Source: Pseudomonadota bacterium
GTDB lineage: Bacteria; UBA10199; 2-02-FULL-44-16; JAAZCA01
Direction of reading: 5' to 3'
Length of the DNA stretch: 63,125 bases
Assembly: GCA_043822785.1 (NCBI GenBank)
Contig: JBDRBN010000026.1
Span: 1 to 63,125 of the forward strand
The position numbers and the translations under genes are program-made. The notes below the pieces were generated by a model. The model was not told the DNA's origin and did not search any database. It was given only the letters and a program-made list of their open reading frames with translations. Within the stretch, counting starts at the first letter, position 1, and each line of letters opens with the position of its first letter. Positions 34,759 to 43,127 of the stretch are shown piece after piece.

Positions 34759-36444
34759 TTACCTGCACCACATTGTTGTTCTGTCCCCGAACCTCGCAAA
34801 ACATCTCTTCGTTTGGCCGTCTTCTATATTCACGCTTCGCGATATCGTACGGCCGGTTGGTGGATGGATGACCTTTACAAGATGGGTGCCTGCCTTGACT
34901 TTGATGCCTGCAAGCGGCGTCTCGCGCGATTGCACATAATCTGAAACAGTTGCCAGCCCCCAAGGCTGTGCATTTACAAAAATCTTTGCATCATACTTTG
35001 GCTTAAGCTTTATCTCGCGCACAAATGCTGTTGATGAAGGGCTAAATGAAAAGCTCTCTTTGGCTACATCAAAACCAGGCGCTGATATCTTAACCAGGGC
35101 ATCGACTCCTTGGCTTATCTCGATATCGCTTCTTGCAAACGGGGTTGTGATCTTCATCGTCTTATCGCCCAGGGTGAACGTGCCTTTAGCGCCAGACGGC
35201 TCGCTATCTATTGCAATAACGCCTTTCACTTTCGGTGTGGCGTTTTTTGTCATTGCGAGGGAGGAACGACCGAAGCAATCTCCTTCAATGCATTGATTTC
35301 GGAGATCGCCACGCCCCCCAACGATCTTTGGGGGGCTCGCGATGACATGCCCGCTAGCACTATGAGAAGTAACTAAGGCCGCAAGAAGAATTGCAGTGCA
35401 CGCAACATGCCACCTGCTTATAAACACGCTCACGACACTGCGAGGCTTTGGCGACTTTACAACGAACGGATGGCTCATGACCTGGGTGCAAACTTTTGGA
35501 GCCTTATTATCCTCAAGATCCTCAGGAAAAGTTTCGCGAAGATAATGCGCAAATTCCAGGCTAGAATAGATTTGACCCAAGCCCTGCATGGCGTTTCGCA
35601 CATCAAATAGCATCTCGCCGGCTTCCTGATAGCGAGAGTCTGGATCTTTTGCTAAAGCCAGCATAACAGGCGCGCGCACCCCGGCCGGCAATGAATCGAT
35701 TGGTTTTAAATCAAAATCCGCGTCGCTTACCTTTCCCAGCACCTCCGCATCGGTAGCGCCTTTGAACAAGCGCTTGGCTGTGAGCAACTCAAACAAAACA
35801 ATTCCGCATGCAAAGATATCTGCGCGCTTATCAATGGGCTCGCCTTTGGCCTGCTCTGGCGCCATGTATGAGTACTTGCCCTTAACCTGACCAGCATCGG
35901 TAAGCTGGGTGCGATGAGCTCCTTTGGCAATGCCAAAATCCGTAACCTTTACCTCTCCATTCCAAGACAAAAGGATGTTTGATGGAGAGATATCCCTATG
36001 AACAAGATTTATAGGATGGCCACGTTCATCTTTTGTGCGATGGGCAAACTCCAGAGCAGTGAGCACCTGAGATATAATGAACAGGGCAGCAATGGGGGGA
36101 AGGGGCGCCTCATCTCTTATAGCCCTTGTCAAAAGTCGCGCGCAGTCAATGCCGTCAACATATTCCATGGCAATAAAGTAATGCCCATCTTCGCACCCCA
36201 GTTCATATACCTGCACTATGCACTGGTGCGCCAGATGGCACAGCACATTTGCCTCATCAATGAGCATGGCTTCATTGTCATCCCATGAAGGAAGCAGCTT
36301 TTTGATGGCAACGGTCTTTGCAAACCCGTTATCCGATTGGAGGGTGGCTTTGTACACCTCGGCTGTTCCGCCGCAGGCGATTTTTTCAACAATCTTATAC
36401 CGCCCAAACCCACTTCCGGGGACGTTTCCCATTCCGTAACCCAT
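34759..36444 (-). CDS. Hanks-type Ser/Thr protein kinase with a TM segment and an extracytoplasmic C-terminal domain
   Basis: GGTAEVYKA...AIKK, HRDISPSNILL, DFGIAK and MAPE motifs. TM CTAILLAALV. Contains an in-frame repeat insertion. Confidence 0.85.
   Translation of the reverse strand: MGYGMGNVPGSGFGRYKIVEKIACGGTAEVYKATLQSDNGFAKTVAIKKLLPSWDDNEAMLIDEANVLCHLAHQCIVQVYELGCEDGHYFIAMEYVDGIDCARLLTRAIRDEAPLPPIAALFIISQVLTALEFAHRTKDERGHPINLVHRDISPSNILLSWNGEVKVTDFGIAKGAHRTQLTDAGQVKGKYSYMAPEQAKGEPIDKRADIFACGIVLFELLTAKRLFKGATDAEVLGKVSDADFDLKPIDSLPAGVRAPVMLALAKDPDSRYQEAGEMLFDVRNAMQGLGQIYSSLEFAHYLRETFPEDLEDNKAPKVCTQVMSHPFVVKSPKPRSVVSVFISRWHVACTAILLAALVTSHSASGHVIASPPKIVGGRGDLRNQCIEGDCFGRSSLAMTKNATPKVKGVIAIDSEPSGAKGTFTLGDKTMKITTPFARSDIEISQGVDALVKISAPGFDVAKESFSFSPSSTAFVREIKLKPKYDAKIFVNAQPWGLATVSDYVQSRETPLAGIKVKAGTHLVKVIHPPTGRTISRSVNIEDGQTKRCFARFGDRTTMWCR
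35249..35346. repeat. Hairpin repeat doublet in frame inside the kinase CDS
   Basis: Translated as GHVIASPPKIVGGRGDLRNQCIEGDCFGRSSLAMTKN. Inner stem CCCCCCAA/TTGGGGGG. Confidence 0.85.
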
Positions 36445-36457
36445 TGTAATTAAAATG

Positions 36458-37102
36458 CTATTTTTTAAGTTTTTCGATTTTTGGAACTTTTGCCTTATCT
36501 ACATCATACCGCTTCTGCTCAAACTCTCTTTTGAGTCGCCGATAATCCAAATCAATGCCCGCACGAACAAACTCTTGGTATGCACTGTTTTGCCTGCCCC
36601 GCCTCCATTTCGATTCTCCGGGCACAGTAAACACCTCGTAAATCAACGGATCGTACGCCCCGTAAGCATGATGGCGATAACTCGTCCAGCAATACTCTTT
36701 TGGATCCTTACATATTCCTGCATACACAGGATTCAATTCGATGTAGCGAGCGCACTGAAGCCATTGACTATCATCTGAAATGATAATGCTTCTATAGCGG
36801 CTATGCCAAAGGTGGCCTTTATAAGAATACCGTCGACTATAATAATATTGATAAGAAACCATCACAGCTTTCATAAGTGCAGCTAACCGTTCTGTTCTTG
36901 CTACCCACGCAAGCAGATGGAAATGTGTATGCATAAACGCATAGTGTTGAATCGCGCACTGATCTTTATGGAGAAAACGGTGAAGCGTATTTTTGAAACG
37001 CAAAAAATCCACACGATGTCGAAAGAGCTTTTCTTTGTTATTTGCCCTTCCTATGAGGTGGAGCATTCCCTCCGAAGGCAATATGCGTGCGCTACGTGGC
37101 AT
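36458..37102 (-). CDS. IS200-like/REP-associated HUH tyrosine transposase (RAYT-like)
   Basis: HUH motif HTHFHLL. GHLWHSRYRS. RYIELNPVYAGI with the catalytic-type Tyr. Start taken at MPRSARIL. Confidence 0.8.
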   Translation of the reverse strand: MPRSARILPSEGMLHLIGRANNKEKLFRHRVDFLRFKNTLHRFLHKDQCAIQHYAFMHTHFHLLAWVARTERLAALMKAVMVSYQYYYSRRYSYKGHLWHSRYRSIIISDDSQWLQCARYIELNPVYAGICKDPKEYCWTSYRHHAYGAYDPLIYEVFTVPGESKWRRGRQNSAYQEFVRAGIDLDYRRLKREFEQKRYDVDKAKVPKIEKLKK

Positions 37103-37275
37103 GTGATACCGACATAAAGCAAAAGAAGTGCCAAAAACATTGAGCTTGAAATTATTGAGAAATGTGGGATTGCGCACTGGCTAGTGTCTAGAATGCTGAA
37201 CAGGCCAGTTCCAAAATCAGAAATATCGCCATAATTCGCTTTGTAATTTAACGAGTTATAGACCGGGAAACGTCC

Positions 37276-37311
37276 CCAATTTGCTGCCCAATTTGCTGCC
37301 CAATTTGCTGC
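37276..37311. repeat. Perfect 12-bp tandem repeat, three copies
   Basis: ccaatttgctgc, three times. Confidence 0.9.
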
Positions 37312-37491
37312 AAGAATGCATAACTATTTGTTTCATCAGTAGAAATTGCTAGAAATTACTTGCGTTATGCGGCGCTAGCGTATTATACGGCGCTTAATCA
37401 CTATAATGATAAAAGATACGCAACTTCGTATTTCTTGTGCCGATAAGGTAACAAGCGTTTCAATGTTTGAATAAAAAACTCGGAGGAAACT

Positions 37492-38337
37492 ATGCCCATA
37501 CCAATACCGTTTCTTATTGCAGGCGTAATTGCCTTAGTCACTCTTGTCGCTGGATGCGATGATTCAGAGCCGCCAGCACCAAAACAGACAGAAGAACCAC
37601 CAGCACCACCGCCGCCTGATCCTTTTGCCAAAGACGAGACACATCCAAACGTCGAGCCAGATTCGCTCGCAGCCTACAAATATCTTTGGGGTAAAGACCC
37701 AAATAAGGCAAATCTCGACAAGTGGCATAGGGATGCGCGCATCTACTTTGGCGCAGCAGATCGCCTTTATAAAATCGCAAGCGATGATGAAGACGTTAAA
37801 AAAGTAAGTGGTGCATATACAGATGCAGTTAAATCCTTTTTTGAAAAGCACTATGAGGGTGCGGCCAATCAATCTGAGGAAGGCCTGCTTGTGCTCATCG
37901 CAGGCCTTGCGCCCACGAGCATCGAGGAGTCTGTTGTGTTCGGAGCAATCCAGGCAATGGGCGCAAAGGTCTCAGAAGAATTGGCATTCGTGGATCTCAT
38001 AAAAGCCTTCTTCTATTTTAACAAGGCAGTGGAGAAGGCTGATAACCGCTATGCAAAGCCCGATGGCCATACGTTGAAATTAGAAGAAAAGAAAGAGGCA
38101 ATGGTACAGCTTGAAAAGTTAGATAAGATTCTAAAGAAGTTTGATGAGATGGATAAGGCTGATCTCAACAAAGCACTCACTGATGAACAACAGGTGCTTC
38201 TAGAAACGCTCAAGCAAGCTGCAGCTGATTATGGAAAGACACTCATCGCTAGAGGTGGCAGAGGAAAACCACCACCACCGCCGCCTCCGCCACCGCCGCC
38301 AAGTGGAGGTTGGAAAGTACCAAATCCAGGAAAGTAA
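37492..38337 (+). CDS. Lipoprotein with a poly-Pro tract and C-terminal GWKVPNPGK motif
   Basis: MPIPIPFLIAGVIALVTLVAGC lipobox. Ends GKPPPPPPPPPPPSGGWKVPNPGK. Confidence 0.8.
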   Translation: MPIPIPFLIAGVIALVTLVAGCDDSEPPAPKQTEEPPAPPPPDPFAKDETHPNVEPDSLAAYKYLWGKDPNKANLDKWHRDARIYFGAADRLYKIASDDEDVKKVSGAYTDAVKSFFEKHYEGAANQSEEGLLVLIAGLAPTSIEESVVFGAIQAMGAKVSEELAFVDLIKAFFYFNKAVEKADNRYAKPDGHTLKLEEKKEAMVQLEKLDKILKKFDEMDKADLNKALTDEQQVLLETLKQAAADYGKTLIARGGRGKPPPPPPPPPPPSGGWKVPNPGK

Positions 38338-38366
38338 GCCATCGATGTTTTTACAAGTGACTTTTA

Positions 38367-38400
38367 CAACCCCGCCTTAAGCAAGTGGCGGGGTTGCTTT
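38367..38400 (+). terminator. Putative intrinsic terminator
   Basis: caaccccgcc-N10-ggcggggttg followed by cttt (short T run). Confidence 0.55.
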
Positions 38401-38595
38401 AGAGAGAAGCCGGCAATGAAAGGCCTAACGCATTGAAATATAAGCATGTTTTGAAGGTGCTGAATAAATAAAAAAAACCACGCAACAAAATCAGCGCTCG
38501 TTCGATAATGCTTATGAGTACAAATGAGTGCAGGTGGGGATATTCCGATAATTAAAAGGGGCGGTAATTAGAAATACAATGAGGAGGAGTTAGTC

Positions 38596-40080
38596 ATGCC
38601 ATTCCCAATTATTCCTATAGTGGTAGCAGCAGGCTTAGGAGCACTAATTTTTGGTGTTTCCGGATGTGGTAGCGATGAAGAGAAAAAGCCGGCAAGTCAG
38701 CCAGCAGATCCTGCGGGCAACCAGCCTGCGGCCCCTGTACCCACAGCAGATCCCTCTGCAACCCCAGCATCTTCTGCAGCTCCTATTCCAGCAGCGTCTG
38801 ATGGCAACGAAGCTAAATCATCTGCAAAAAGCGCTTACAGGCTCATGGAGCCGTATGAGGGCCTTGATCCAAGCAATGGAATTACGACAACAATCCCCGG
38901 GCTCACCCAGGATGCATTGCAAAATGCCATGCGCATGACCCTGCAACTGAACTTTGATGACAAAGATACGAAAAAAGCGCTCGACGATATCAGAGAAGAT
39001 GATGATATCAATGACTGGCTTGTTGCGACCAACTACAACCTGGATGCAACAGAGTCTACATGGCTTTTGCACAACTTCTCTTCTTTACCTCGCGTAGCAT
39101 TTAATAGGATTTTTGAGCAGGATCATTGGTACACATGGCAGGATGGTCCTTCCTTCAGCATTGAGTCTGTCACCGGCACTAACGGCACGAATTACGATCT
39201 CAACGAAGAAGTGGATAAAACCGAGCAGAAAGCGCTTCTTACCGCTGTACAAACCCTGGGAATGGAAAAATGGGCCCCTGCCACCACCATTTATTTTGGT
39301 GCTGCATTTGCCCTTATGCAGCCTGCGATGAGCAATAAAGATCTAGCAACTTACTTCTATCAGGTAACAACAAAACTCAGAGAGGCAGACCATACTCTCA
39401 AGGGAACGAATAAATTCGGGATAGAGACAAGAGGCGAGGAGCTTAATGAGCATGCCATCAAGACCCTGCTCGATGCATTTGCATTCGCAAAAAATAACAA
39501 AGGCGAAGAAGTCACCGATGAAACAATGAAGGGCTGGCTTAACTCTTTGGGCGAAAACTCCGGTCAGGCTGATTTTGCCAATGTGCTGCTGGCAAGCTTT
39601 TACTCTCATAAAGCAAAACTCAGTTACAAAACATATCAAGACACATTAACACAAAAACTCGCTGAGTTGGCGACTAAGGATGAATATAAAAACAAAGATA
39701 AGTCGCTATATGTTCAAAAGCGTTTTGAAAACGCCGTTGAAGAATTATTTGCCAGTCAAGACATACAAACACTTGCAAAACCAGTGCGTGATTATCTCGA
39801 CAAAGTAGATGCGATAGCAGGCAAGACCCAGTTTAATGATGCCGGAAAACTCGAAGTTGTAAAGCATGGCACGGTCGATGTTACAAAACTCAATGCGCCT
39901 CAAAGCGATTTCTTTTTATACGTGTATAGAGAAGCGGCTCAGATGCGCAGAGGCCTTATTGCTGTGAAGAAGCCAACGCCAGCACCCAGGCCCGCACAGC
40001 CGAGGCCAGTGAATCCAAGGCCAAAGCCACAGCCAAAGCCACAGCCAAAGGGATGGGGCATACCGAATCCAGGAAAATAA
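38596..40080 (+). CDS. Lipoprotein paralog with PKPQ repeats and C-terminal GWGIPNPGK motif
   Basis: MPFPIIPIVVAAGLGALIFGVSGC lipobox. Shares an IYFGAA block with the previous gene. Ends PKPQPKPQPKGWGIPNPGK. Confidence 0.8.
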   Translation: MPFPIIPIVVAAGLGALIFGVSGCGSDEEKKPASQPADPAGNQPAAPVPTADPSATPASSAAPIPAASDGNEAKSSAKSAYRLMEPYEGLDPSNGITTTIPGLTQDALQNAMRMTLQLNFDDKDTKKALDDIREDDDINDWLVATNYNLDATESTWLLHNFSSLPRVAFNRIFEQDHWYTWQDGPSFSIESVTGTNGTNYDLNEEVDKTEQKALLTAVQTLGMEKWAPATTIYFGAAFALMQPAMSNKDLATYFYQVTTKLREADHTLKGTNKFGIETRGEELNEHAIKTLLDAFAFAKNNKGEEVTDETMKGWLNSLGENSGQADFANVLLASFYSHKAKLSYKTYQDTLTQKLAELATKDEYKNKDKSLYVQKRFENAVEELFASQDIQTLAKPVRDYLDKVDAIAGKTQFNDAGKLEVVKHGTVDVTKLNAPQSDFFLYVYREAAQMRRGLIAVKKPTPAPRPAQPRPVNPRPKPQPKPQPKGWGIPNPGK

Positions 40081-40127
40081 TTAACTAACAATGTTCGGAC
40101 GGGGGGAGCAACAGTCCGGAGGACAAC

Positions 40128-43097
40128 ATGATTAGCGCGGGACAAGACACAGTAACTCCAAAGAAAAGACAACAGGACCTGCTCTGCGGTCGCGACTGGG
40201 CAAATCAAGCTCCAGATGCGGCTGGAAAGACGTGGGCCGAAGAGAACACGGTCAACACACAGTGCGAAAACAAGGTTGGCACGGTGTACGACAAATACAC
40301 CCAAGGCCTAAACGCGGACCAGCTCAAGTACTTTCACGCCGTGTATGCCAAGGTGGGCGGTACGCAGCCCTACTTTAATTGCGAAAATAACCCAGGGCTT
40401 AGAGCACCTCTTGGTCCTGATATAATCAAACCGTTTGCAGTGTGTACTGCAGATCATGTGATGAATGCAGACAGAAAATTTGTGCACAACGGCCAAGAGC
40501 TTTCTTACGAACCGATGATGGCGTTAATAAAGAATGAGGCACTGGGCCTTGTTACCATAGCTCCTGAAAAAATCGAAATACCCGAATCCCTGCGCAAGTA
40601 TATCAAGAGCTTAAGAGACCAGAAGCTGGATAAATTCGCTGATCTTGCCAAACGCCTGTTCCGCGAGGGTTTGGCAAAGGTTGAGCCTTCGGGTGAGAGG
40701 GTCCTTGCAGCACAGCCCATAGCTGATCAGGTTGAAGCTGATGTGAAAAAGCGCGTGCTCCCACATATAGCAGCGGCTAAAGATGCAAAAAAGAAAAAGG
40801 CCATTGAAGACGATCTTGACTATGTGTTCGTGCTAAAGACCGGCCCAAAGGACAAAGACACGGCAAAGGCTTATAAACTCACTATCCAGCAGGCCCCTGC
40901 CGACTTGATGAAGGCCTTTGAGAAATATCCGCCCGAAGTCAGGCGCGAGCTCATGCGCCTTTATGGCGAGGCATTAGAAAAGGCCCCCACGGCAGATCAA
41001 AAATCCGTAGCCGATGCTTTGGTTACAGCTGTGGATGCAAAGCTTGGCGAAGAGAAAGACGCCAAAAAGATGGCTGACAAACTTGGCACCTTGACAGTAG
41101 ATAACGTGAAGACCAGCGATGACGGCAAAAAGGCCGAGTCTGTCTCTCTTAAAGAAGTCAAAGTTATCGGACCTTCGCAAACACTTATCGATGGGTTCGA
41201 AGCACAAGACAATCTGGTCAAAAAAGCCCTGCTCTACGGTATCTGGTCTATGATACGCAAAGAGCTGGGAGCCAAGCCAGGTGAAACCATCGATCCTGAG
41301 CTGAAGAAAAAAATAGAAACCAGCGTACTCCAACATAAAGACAAAACCCTCTCTGAGCTCGCAGCAATGTATGTTGCGTCTGTTGATGGTAAGAACGGCA
41401 CTGTCCATTTCAACTCAGTTCCAAAAGATGCATTGGGCATCCCTCAAGACCTTGAAAAGAGGGGGATTACGCTTGGAAGCGATCAGATGGGAGCAGTTGG
41501 CATCATCGTGACTATCCGCAAGATCTACGTGCAAGCTTTGCAAGCTGCATCCGGTGAAAAGAGCCTTAAAGATTATAAAGGCGATGCGCTCAAGGCCGAG
41601 GTTGCCAAGAGGGTGGATAGAGTAGCCCGAAAGCAACTCGATGCAGATATGCTCAAAGACCTTCCTGAAAAGGATGCCCAGGCCATCACGCATAATTTCA
41701 CTGGTCTTACGTTCAGCAAGTTCGATGAAAAAACCGGCGACATCCTGCTCACGTACATGCCAGGCTTTGCCGGTGTAGGCGGCCCTGGCGATGGCCAGTT
41801 GAGGGCAACGTTAGCCGAAGGCGCCGAGTTCGTCTTTGGAGTTGAAAGCTCCCTAGGCATTGGCGGCGTGATCGGCGTTAACAGGCCTGAGAACGATAAA
41901 ACCTCTGATGTTGTAGCTGCTGCGTTTGTAAGGGCTTACGCAGGCGTCAGTATAGACAAAAAGTACACTATCGATGCGGCACTTGCCGCTTTAGGCGTGT
42001 ATTCACCTAGTATATATACTGTCGGATTGCCCAATGGCGATAGGTCCGTTGCAGTCAACGACGATGACGGCGCATACGGATTTGTGCGTTTGAACGAAGC
42101 CACCGTAGGCTTTAAAGGCAAATGGGGTCTAAAAGATGACGGCACACCTGACGACATTACCTATCAGCTCGGCAGGATAGCAGCCGGTATTCAATCCGGA
42201 CATATCGGCGACGGCACAGACCTTGCCCTGCCGGACGACCTGGATCCCTTCAATTCATACCAGCCGTTCTCATCGCCCGGCGGAAGCCGTTTGTTTGGCG
42301 TAACAGTGCCGTTCACCCTCGGCATTGCCTCTGAACGCCTAAAAATTACACCGCGCTTTGTGCTCGGCACTGCATCAGCAGGGCTTAATAATAAAGAAAC
42401 ATATTTTGGCGGCGGAAGGGTAGGCGGCGATCTTAAGGTTGATCTCGATGCCGGAAAGCTGGCCGGATTTGAAGAAACAGACTGGCGAATCCTTCTCGCC
42501 GGCGGCGCGCAACATTCATGGGGCGACAAGGATGATGTTCCCAACAAGCTCGCAGGCACGGCCTTTGCCATCGGCGGATCTACCATGGTTCAACCAACCG
42601 ACTATCTGCAGCTTGCGTTAGGCGGCGGATATGGTCGCATGGATGCAGACTTAGACGGCCTCACGCAGCGCGCTGTTATCGGCGGCAACGTCATGTTCCC
42701 GATCAAGATGGCTGACGGCAAATGGCATTTGATACCTGGTGCAGGCGTCTCATGGTCAACCACTTGGAAAGATCAGCAGGTTGCGGGAACGTCGCGCAAT
42801 CCTGGCGAAGCTCCTGCCCCGAACCCTGGGTGTGAACCCGGATATGATTGCCCAGGTACGGCTGTTGACGTGGGCGAAGGCGCAGGCGACAGGGTAGCTG
42901 CATTGGGTTCAGAGTACGATTTCTTTATGATCGGCCGAAATGTCGTGGCCATCAACGCTTTGCTTGGGCTTACGTTCGAAGACGCTCCATGGTTAAATCC
43001 TTTTGCCGGATTTTCGCTCTTCAATGCTACAACCCATGAAACCGGTTCGAGCGATTTGGCAGGGATGGTGCGCGCTGGTGTAAAAGTTGAATATTAA
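40128..43097 (+). CDS. 989-aa protein: Lys/Glu/Ala-rich helical N-terminal half plus Gly-rich beta-barrel-like C-terminal half
   Basis: GGAGG SD 5 nt upstream. The C-terminal roughly 450 aa show an alternating hydrophobic pattern and end ...VRAGVKVEY (aromatic terminus). No obvious signal peptide. Confidence 0.7.
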   Translation: MISAGQDTVTPKKRQQDLLCGRDWANQAPDAAGKTWAEENTVNTQCENKVGTVYDKYTQGLNADQLKYFHAVYAKVGGTQPYFNCENNPGLRAPLGPDIIKPFAVCTADHVMNADRKFVHNGQELSYEPMMALIKNEALGLVTIAPEKIEIPESLRKYIKSLRDQKLDKFADLAKRLFREGLAKVEPSGERVLAAQPIADQVEADVKKRVLPHIAAAKDAKKKKAIEDDLDYVFVLKTGPKDKDTAKAYKLTIQQAPADLMKAFEKYPPEVRRELMRLYGEALEKAPTADQKSVADALVTAVDAKLGEEKDAKKMADKLGTLTVDNVKTSDDGKKAESVSLKEVKVIGPSQTLIDGFEAQDNLVKKALLYGIWSMIRKELGAKPGETIDPELKKKIETSVLQHKDKTLSELAAMYVASVDGKNGTVHFNSVPKDALGIPQDLEKRGITLGSDQMGAVGIIVTIRKIYVQALQAASGEKSLKDYKGDALKAEVAKRVDRVARKQLDADMLKDLPEKDAQAITHNFTGLTFSKFDEKTGDILLTYMPGFAGVGGPGDGQLRATLAEGAEFVFGVESSLGIGGVIGVNRPENDKTSDVVAAAFVRAYAGVSIDKKYTIDAALAALGVYSPSIYTVGLPNGDRSVAVNDDDGAYGFVRLNEATVGFKGKWGLKDDGTPDDITYQLGRIAAGIQSGHIGDGTDLALPDDLDPFNSYQPFSSPGGSRLFGVTVPFTLGIASERLKITPRFVLGTASAGLNNKETYFGGGRVGGDLKVDLDAGKLAGFEETDWRILLAGGAQHSWGDKDDVPNKLAGTAFAIGGSTMVQPTDYLQLALGGGYGRMDADLDGLTQRAVIGGNVMFPIKMADGKWHLIPGAGVSWSTTWKDQQVAGTSRNPGEAPAPNPGCEPGYDCPGTAVDVGEGAGDRVAALGSEYDFFMIGRNVVAINALLGLTFEDAPWLNPFAGFSLFNATTHETGSSDLAGMVRAGVKVEY

Positions 43098-43127
43098 CGT
43101 TGACTAATTCAACGAGAGGATAGGGAC

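Noticed and set aside
34061-34963. Track ORFs 34061-34462, 34113-34301, 34490-34939, 34607-34963, 34647-34871 and 34738-34944
   Set aside because: These run across hairpin repeats and the opposite strand of the GIY-YIG gene. Peptide strings such as GDCFASLAMT, VIARSEATKQSP and SLRGRSPKQSP are simply translations of the repeat consensus. The same applies to 26913-27170, 27426-27713, 51176-51385, 52106-52291, 54318-54713, 48766-49173 and the first 83 codons of 45801-46457.
38260-38310. Poly-proline-coding tract (ccaccaccaccgccgcctccgccaccgccgcca) as a slipped-strand phase-variation site
   Set aside because: The codons are mixed (CCA/CCG/CCT) rather than a perfect mono- or trinucleotide repeat. 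Slippage-driven switching is therefore unlikely, and it is treated as a flexible linker.
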